NCBI GenBank assembly: GCA_029565675.1
Contig: JAKQNP010000003.1
Location: forward strand, 79,197 to 143,196
DNA length: 64,000 bases
Source of the DNA: a bacterium
GTDB taxonomy: Bacteria > Zhuqueibacterota > Zhuqueibacteria > Residuimicrobiales > Oceaniaggregativiventaceae
Direction: 5' to 3'
In this document: positions 57,859 to 64,000 of the stretch, piece by piece
Layout: every line of letters begins with the position of its first letter
How positions within the stretch are numbered: the stretch's first letter is position 1
Made by a program: the position numbers and the translations under genes
The notes under the pieces: model-generated
Databases searched by the model: none
Seen by the model: the letters and a program-made list of their open reading frames with translations, nothing else
What the model was told of the DNA's origin: nothing

Positions 57859-59238
57859 ATGAAAATCAAACCGCTGCTCCTCGTCGTGCTTGCTCTGTTG
57901 GTCGTAACTATGCCTTCGCCTCTGACAGCCCAATGGAGCTATACCGGTGAACTGCAAATTGCGCGCTCCAGCCATACCGCCACCCTGCTGAACAACGGCA
58001 AGGTCCTGATCGCCGGCGGAAAAAATTTGAGAGAGGCGGAGCTTTACGACCCCGGCACCGGCAGCTTTAGCCTCACCGGCAGCACGAATAAATATTTCAT
58101 GCAGGGTTCATCGGCCACGTTGCTGCCCGATGGTCGGGTGCTGCTCGCCGGCGGAATCAGCGGTGAGAAATATGCTGAGATCTATGACCCAGCCACCGGG
58201 CTGTTTACGGCCACGGACAGCCTGGAAACCAACCACTCTTTTCACACTGCGAACCTGCTGGCGGACGGCCGTGTCCTGATCGCCGCCGGTAAGAATTATA
58301 AGGAAAATCAAAGCCATGCCGTCGCTGAGATCTACGATCCGGCATCGGGCACCTTTTCCAGGACCGGCAGTCTGTTGACGGACCGCTCCGGGCATGCCGC
58401 AATACAGCTCGCTGACGGTCGGGTGCTCATCGCAGGCGGCGGACAGACAACCGGACCCGGTACGGCCATCACCCTTTTATCTTGTGAGATTTACGACCCT
58501 GTAACCGGCCTTTTCACCGCTACCGGAAAAATGAATGTCTATCATTCCGGATTTTCACTGAGTCCCCTTCCCGACGGCCGGATTCTGGCTGTGGGCGCGT
58601 TCTCAAGTACAGCCTGCGATATTTTCGATCCGCAGACCGGTTTGTGGAGTGAAGCCGGCGCGGCGCTGAACACCCGCCGCAGGAATATGCAGACTGTCGC
58701 ATTGGGAAACGGCAGGATTCTCTTTATCGGCGGATTGATTCCGGCGATCACTCGCTCGGTGGGAATTTACGATCCCGTCAGCGGAACCTTTGCCTTCGCC
58801 GACAGCACGAATGCACCCCGCTGTGACCATTCGGCGACCCTTCTGCAGGACGGCCGTATTCTGGTCGCAGGCGGCTATACCGGCGGCGCCGACGTCAAGA
58901 CGGCGGAGCTCATCACCCCCGCCGCGCTGGGGGTTGCGGCTGCCGAACCCACCCTGCCCGCCGATTACAGCCTGCGACAAAACTATCCCAATCCCTTCAA
59001 TAGCGGTACTGTTGTGGAGTACACCCTGCTGCGGCCCGGTACAGTCACGGTTCAGGTTCTGGATCTGTCGGGCAAGACAATCGCGATCCTCGAGCAGGGA
59101 TTCAGGCAGGCAGGCTTACACCGAATGCAGTGGTCCGGCCGCGACGCCGCAGGCCGAGAGCTGCCCTCCGGATGTTATTTTCTGCGGCTGACCGCTCCGG
59201 GATCGTTGCAATCCCGTAAGATGCTGTTGCTGCGCTAA
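57859..59238 (+). CDS. Secreted kelch-repeat protein (HTATLL.DGRVLIAGG type) with FlgD-Ig CTD
   Basis: About seven R..H.ATLL.DG.VLIAGG....AE.YDP.TG.F repeats and QNYPNPFN; GGAGG SD. Confidence 0.88.
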   Translation: MKIKPLLLVVLALLVVTMPSPLTAQWSYTGELQIARSSHTATLLNNGKVLIAGGKNLREAELYDPGTGSFSLTGSTNKYFMQGSSATLLPDGRVLLAGGISGEKYAEIYDPATGLFTATDSLETNHSFHTANLLADGRVLIAAGKNYKENQSHAVAEIYDPASGTFSRTGSLLTDRSGHAAIQLADGRVLIAGGGQTTGPGTAITLLSCEIYDPVTGLFTATGKMNVYHSGFSLSPLPDGRILAVGAFSSTACDIFDPQTGLWSEAGAALNTRRRNMQTVALGNGRILFIGGLIPAITRSVGIYDPVSGTFAFADSTNAPRCDHSATLLQDGRILVAGGYTGGADVKTAELITPAALGVAAAEPTLPADYSLRQNYPNPFNSGTVVEYTLLRPGTVTVQVLDLSGKTIAILEQGFRQAGLHRMQWSGRDAAGRELPSGCYFLRLTAPGSLQSRKMLLLR

Positions 59239-59427
59239 TGAGTGGCTGCCAAAGCGGGAATTCCCAGCTTTGTCGTTCGATCGCAAAGGGACGAGGGCTT
59301 ATCGGGGTCGAATGTAAGCAGCTTCTGGCAGTCTATTGTCCCGGGCCATCAAATCGACTCGTAGGCGCCCTGCAAGTTTAACATCCCCTGGTTTCGCTTG
59401 GTTGGTGTTATATACGATCATTTTCAA

Positions 59428-59460
59428 CCGGGAATTCGATCCCCCATATCGAATTCCCGG
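59428..59460. terminator. Inverted repeat between convergent genes
   Basis: Perfect 13-bp arms CCGGGAATTCGAT / ATCGAATTCCCGG; T-tracts are weak. Confidence 0.6.
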
Positions 59461-59475
59461 CGGTCAGCATTTTTC

Positions 59476-61344
59476 CTACTTGATCAACATCATTCGTTTA
59501 ACGGCAGAATAATTTCCTGCGGTAAGTGAATAATGGTACACGCCGCTGGGCAATTCTGCGGCATTAAACTCGAGTTGAAAAGTGCCGGCATTCATAAACC
59601 GATCCAACAGAGTGGCGACTTTTTGTCCCATCATATTGTACACGGTCAATGTGGCGTGATCCGCTCTGGGCAGATTGAAACTGATCCGGGTTGTGGGATT
59701 GAACGGATTCGGATAGTTTTGTCCCAGCCCATAGTCCAGCGGCAGCGAACCGGAGATCTCTTTTACAGCAGTGGCGGAATTGTAAAAATAGACATTGTCG
59801 ACATATACCGTATTGGGATCACCCTCGATGACCATCTGAGCGAGGTGGCTTCTGGCGGCCAAACCGGTAAAATCGCTCAAGGGAACATCGATACTGACCC
59901 AAGATTCTGTCGCCAGCGTTGGTGCGGCAAAGGTCAGCTGGTGCTCGGTATCGTCGCCGCCTGCATAGGCCCCATTGGCGCCAAAGTCAACCAGCTTGAC
60001 CTTAAAAGCCGCTGGTTCTTCGGTTGGATCCGGTGTCCAAATGTCCATATGGAAATGGGTCAGAGTCGACGCGTCCACGGTTTGGGAGGTGAATTCGATC
60101 CCTGCAAAGGTCAAATTGGTGTAGAGTTTGGCATCATCGCCGGCAATCTGCACATCGGCAACATCGGCTGCATCCCATACCGCCGACCAGGTGTCGACCG
60201 TCACATTGGTATAGGCGTTGCTGAACAAAGAGATCACATTGGCGGCATCTACCGTTGGAGTCGGGGCGGCCTCTGTCGGCGCAGCGATGGTGGCAGATGG
60301 CACCTTGGAAAAATAGAGATTGTCGAGATAAACCGTGCCGTTGCCGACGAATTTCAGCTGGAAAATATCCGAAATCGCCAGACCTTGGTTGGTGAAATGG
60401 GTCAGCGGGATATCGACGGAAACCCACATTTCATTCATAACCGTGAAAACAAAATTCCTTTCTCCGGAAGATTGGCTGATCAAAAACACTTCCAGAGCAG
60501 TGGAATTTGGCGTCCAGAAATCCACATGCAGGTAAACCATTGCCGAAACATCCTGCACACTCCCGAGTTCGATTCCCTGATAATTCAAACCTGCGTAGAG
60601 CAGGGTCGAATCATCCGCCACTGTAACGATTGAAACCACTATCGATTGGCCCCAATTGGGATTGAAATTGGTACCCGGAATATCTGCATAGACATCGCTA
60701 AAGATCGAGATCACCTCTTCGGCTGCGGGCGTGGGCACCGGTGCGGCCTCGACAGGCTCGGGCAATGGGCCGGCAACAACACCATCCGGAACCTGAATGT
60801 TATCGAAATAGATAATGTTTTCAGCAGCTCGATCCTGACCTGTCACATAAGGTTCGACAAAATCCGGAATGATAACCAGTCGACCAAACTTTTGTCCCTC
60901 CAAAGCACTGAAATCAAAAGTCAACTCTTCCCAGGCATTGGTGACCGTATTGGCCACTTTGATCTCGGTTGCGGTTCCGGTTCCGCCCTCTACTTTAAAC
61001 CCGACGTTGCTGATCACGGGTTTATGAACCATGATCTTGATTGTCGAGTTGGTCCCATCAAAGGTAAACTCGCCGTCATCATTGGTGAAACACAGCGCCC
61101 AGTTGTTTCCCGTTTTTCTGGCTGTAAACTTCGCCACCGTCGCGGATGTGTTGGGTCCGGTTGCATTCGGATTGGCGACAAACTCGAGAGGCGGATTGTC
61201 TGCATTTTCTGCCACAGTCCAGTTCCATCCGGCCCCATCATCTGCCGACTCAAAACCTATGGTGTGCGTGGCCTGTGCCAGGGATAAACCGCTTATCGAT
61301 AGCATCAAGACCATTGCCAAAAATAAAGTTATTCTTGTCTTCAT
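59476..61344 (-). CDS. Secreted non-catalytic protein with three CBM-like domains and a T9SS type A-like CTD
   Basis: NP...G.N.S..V..WEELTFDFS..IYFDNI domain, two AAP.PT..A..VIS.FS..Y ... H.D.WTP ... WVS.D.PL..F ... VY.DN.YF repeats and QNYPNPFNP; sits downstream of GH16 and GH17. Confidence 0.75.
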   Translation of the reverse strand: MKTRITLFLAMVLMLSISGLSLAQATHTIGFESADDGAGWNWTVAENADNPPLEFVANPNATGPNTSATVAKFTARKTGNNWALCFTNDDGEFTFDGTNSTIKIMVHKPVISNVGFKVEGGTGTATEIKVANTVTNAWEELTFDFSALEGQKFGRLVIIPDFVEPYVTGQDRAAENIIYFDNIQVPDGVVAGPLPEPVEAAPVPTPAAEEVISIFSDVYADIPGTNFNPNWGQSIVVSIVTVADDSTLLYAGLNYQGIELGSVQDVSAMVYLHVDFWTPNSTALEVFLISQSSGERNFVFTVMNEMWVSVDIPLTHFTNQGLAISDIFQLKFVGNGTVYLDNLYFSKVPSATIAAPTEAAPTPTVDAANVISLFSNAYTNVTVDTWSAVWDAADVADVQIAGDDAKLYTNLTFAGIEFTSQTVDASTLTHFHMDIWTPDPTEEPAAFKVKLVDFGANGAYAGGDDTEHQLTFAAPTLATESWVSIDVPLSDFTGLAARSHLAQMVIEGDPNTVYVDNVYFYNSATAVKEISGSLPLDYGLGQNYPNPFNPTTRISFNLPRADHATLTVYNMMGQKVATLLDRFMNAGTFQLEFNAAELPSGVYHYSLTAGNYSAVKRMMLIK

Positions 61345-61451
61345 CTTTCCTCCAAAAATATTTGGTTTGTGCGTCTTTTATGTTGATGACCGATCTGCAG
61401 GTTCACCTCCTTTCAGACATGATATCCATCCATCCCAATCGACTTGACCTG

Positions 61452-62564
61452 TTACCGAGTTGACCTCAAATAATTTTCGAACGACTCTTTTGGTGCCCGG
61501 TTTTGATAAAAGACACCCCAGTGTTTTTCGATTTCATTGGGTGGCGAATTCTCTCCTCCGCCCTTCCAGGGCTCATCAAAAGCCTCGAATAAAAACGTCG
61601 TGACCCTGGTCGCATTGACCCAGTCATTGTGCATCTGCAAGTATCTCTCCTGAGCGGCCAGCCCGATCTCTCCTTTTATCAATGTGCCCTGTTCACCTGC
61701 TCCTTTTTTTTCAATATTGTAATCCGTAGCCCAGCCCGTCTCACCCAGCACTATCGGCTGACCCGGAAATTTGCTGCGGATATCCCGAAAGGTGCTGTCC
61801 ATCCAGCCGATCGCAGTGTCGAGGGTTTTGCCGTTCCACAAGGGGTAGATATGGGTGACGAGGAAATCGACTTCCTCCGCCACCCGTTTGGCTTCCATTT
61901 TGTTCCAAAAATTGTAATCATCGGCGGTGGTGACGGGCTGATGTGTGTGCGCCCGGACTGCCCGGATATAGCGGATCAGATCTTCTGTTTCCATCCTATG
62001 CCCGGACCAGAAAACCTGCGTTTCATTGCCGACACTGATCGCCATAACGATCTCCTCGAACCGATTCGCCAGTTCGATCCCGCGCAGGACATTTCGAATG
62101 TTGGCCTGTTTTTGTTCCAGGTGGTTGGTTTCGTTCTCCAGCCAGATACCGAGCATCATTCGGATGGGCAATCGCTCATCGTGGATAACTTGAAGAATAC
62201 GCTCAGTGTCATCGTCTGCATTGTAAACCCGGACCAGATTCCAGTATTTAGCAATAATCTTCAAATCTTCCCGAACCTCTTCCGTAGTCGGTCCTTTTTT
62301 TCCCGGTTCCTGGCCTTCTCGGTAACACCCGTATGAAACCGCATTGCCGATCCATTTTCCGGAAAGATAGGGATAAAACATTCGATATTCAAAAGGCTCC
62401 AGGCGATTCTGGACCTGACTCGATTCAAGACTTTTGCCGAGTTTTGCCATTGTGGTCATTTTCTCTCTTGTTCCCCATTCGACTTCATCTCCGCTTTTTC
62501 CACAAGCACACAGGAAAACCGCCAAAAGTGCTGAAGCGAATAAAGGCATGTTTGGTCTACTCAT
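61452..62564 (-). CDS. Glycoside hydrolase family 17 (beta-1,3-glucanase) lipoprotein
   Basis: YG.YREGQ.P, VRVY, ISVGNE (acid/base), PVTTAD, LGETGWAT (nucleophile), FEAFDEPWK and EKHWG; lipobox LCAC; ATG 62564 follows AAGGGG. Confidence 0.9.
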   Translation of the reverse strand: MSRPNMPLFASALLAVFLCACGKSGDEVEWGTREKMTTMAKLGKSLESSQVQNRLEPFEYRMFYPYLSGKWIGNAVSYGCYREGQEPGKKGPTTEEVREDLKIIAKYWNLVRVYNADDDTERILQVIHDERLPIRMMLGIWLENETNHLEQKQANIRNVLRGIELANRFEEIVMAISVGNETQVFWSGHRMETEDLIRYIRAVRAHTHQPVTTADDYNFWNKMEAKRVAEEVDFLVTHIYPLWNGKTLDTAIGWMDSTFRDIRSKFPGQPIVLGETGWATDYNIEKKGAGEQGTLIKGEIGLAAQERYLQMHNDWVNATRVTTFLFEAFDEPWKGGGENSPPNEIEKHWGVFYQNRAPKESFENYLRSTR

Positions 62565-62593
62565 TTTTCCCCTTACGCATCGGGAGCCGCCGA

Positions 62594-63808
62594 TCAATTT
62601 TGCTCTATTCGGGTTACGGAAACATACTCGATTTTGATATATTGGTCATGGACCCGTTCCTTCCCTTCTCCCACAATGTAGGAACGGCAATTCTGCAGCG
62701 CATTTTCCGTCGCATCGAACTCGCGACCAGCCCATTTGCCGCATAGCGTGACATTGAATATCATCTTCAAGTTCAGAAAAATACATGCGGTGCTCGAATC
62801 GCAATGGCTGCATTGCCATTGCTGGTGCAGTTCGCTGTCGCAGGTGGTCTCTGTTTCCAGCAGCTGCACCTGATTCTTCAACACATCATCTGTCCACTGG
62901 TCGGGACACGGTGTTTGACTGAGCGGACCACCGTCTTTACGGACATCACCATCCGGTGTCCAATAGTAAAACCGGATCGCGTCGCTTTCCCACAGGCACG
63001 CAAACGTGCCCTCCGGATGATCCACCTCATAGGGTTTGCCGCTGCATCCAGCGTTTGGATCGGTGGATTGGGCATTGGCGCAATTGATAATCTCGCCCTC
63101 ATGATTCCATTCGGAATCACACATTTGTGGACAGGCATGGATCGTGTTATGGATGATATTGCTTCCATTGATGGTTTCAATGATGTCGATCTCACCTGCT
63201 GCCGGCCAATCGGTGCCATTAACTGCACTCGGAGTATCATAGAAATGCCCCTGACCCGAAAGTCTGTCCAGATCTGCATCAGTGACGACCCTTTCCGTGT
63301 TCCGGTAGGTCCAGCTGTCCTGGTTGCTGCCATTCAGCCACCAGGCTGGCCAGATACCCTTACCTGAGGGAAATTTGCCTTTGAAAACAAACAAAATGCC
63401 CGTGTTGTCCCGGTTAAGATTGTAGCAGGCCTTTGTCGTCAATCTGAATGAATCGAATAAATGATCATCCTGACGCGCTTTGATGTAAAGGTAAAGCCCA
63501 TCCCCGGCTACGAGATCGATCAGGTCCTTATTCAGCCATTTTTTTCGATCATATACGACATCACCCTGCGTTGGGTCATTGTGGGGAAAAGTGGTAAAAA
63601 AATGCTTCGCGAGATCCGATCGTGTGAGGGATGAGTCGGCAAAATCCAGGGTGAAATAGCGATTCTCCATGGATTCGAGCCGGGAAGGCGCTGCAGGTCT
63701 TTTTCTCGGGTAAGCACAGGACAACAGACTGCTGGACCCAAAACATGCTGCCAATAAAACCGCTGCTGCCGCCCTTTTTATCCGCATTTTGATCATCGGG
63801 TTGTGCAC
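62594..63808 (-). CDS. Glycoside hydrolase family 16, fungal Lam16A-like; probable lipoprotein
   Basis: WPAWW, WPAAGEIDIIE (ExDxxE), DPTQGDVVY and TLCGKWAG; Cys-rich; lipobox-like LLSC. Confidence 0.85.
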   Translation of the reverse strand: MHNPMIKMRIKRAAAAVLLAACFGSSSLLSCAYPRKRPAAPSRLESMENRYFTLDFADSSLTRSDLAKHFFTTFPHNDPTQGDVVYDRKKWLNKDLIDLVAGDGLYLYIKARQDDHLFDSFRLTTKACYNLNRDNTGILFVFKGKFPSGKGIWPAWWLNGSNQDSWTYRNTERVVTDADLDRLSGQGHFYDTPSAVNGTDWPAAGEIDIIETINGSNIIHNTIHACPQMCDSEWNHEGEIINCANAQSTDPNAGCSGKPYEVDHPEGTFACLWESDAIRFYYWTPDGDVRKDGGPLSQTPCPDQWTDDVLKNQVQLLETETTCDSELHQQWQCSHCDSSTACIFLNLKMIFNVTLCGKWAGREFDATENALQNCRSYIVGEGKERVHDQYIKIEYVSVTRIEQN

Positions 63809-64000
63809 TTGCCTTTGATTCCTTACAATTGAACCTGAATGGTTTGCACCGAATTGGACGCAATCGTGATGGGTGCATATTGGCCGCCAATTTGCAAATT
63901 GAACAGAATGGGTTTTACGGTCGTGTTTAAAAGCTGAACACTCAGCAATTTATGGCTATCGACGGTGGCACAGGCATGCAAGGCATCGGCATCCAGATCG

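Noticed and set aside
1-64000. tRNA, rRNA, tmRNA, prophage or intact IS elements
   Set aside because: No cloverleaf, rRNA-like segment, phage structural gene, integrase or full-length transposase was recognised by eye; a tRNAscan/Infernal run would be needed to exclude small RNAs.

Overview
Chromosomal window (roughly 50% GC by eye) from a diderm bacterium. Five proteins end in xPNPFN-containing FlgD-Ig/T9SS-type-A-like C-terminal domains, yet the genes use strong Shine-Dalgarno sites and canonical TTGnnn-17-TAnnnT promoters. This points to a non-Bacteroidota FCB-group organism such as KSB1 or Calditrichota (inference). The left 15 kb is housekeeping on the minus strand: accA, an HNH nuclease, scpA-scpB-rluB-cmk-ispH-rpsA, lapA-lapB, a TPR-SPOR protein and a partial M1 peptidase. 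The rest is largely accessory: GH127, alkaline phosphatase, a nitroreductase, tandem kelch paralogues, an E. coli-like topA, M2/M3 and M16 peptidases, a patch of small cassette-like genes with decayed attC-like sites and REP-like hairpins, a beta-barrel plus large secreted protein pair, and a GH16-GH17 beta-glucan locus. The best candidate for an undescribed system is the five-gene operon at 31417-41654. It encodes a YdaM/PssC-type GT2 synthase, a ~1650-aa GH-like/DUF2334/GH-like fusion, a two-fold repeated outer-membrane beta-barrel, an 8-repeat FG-GAP propeller with a secretion CTD, and WecB. It reads as a Gram-negative rebuild of the Listeria Pss / Bacillus Yda exopolysaccharide pathway. 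No rRNA, tRNA or CRISPR array was seen. All family assignments come from motif recognition by eye, not from database searches.
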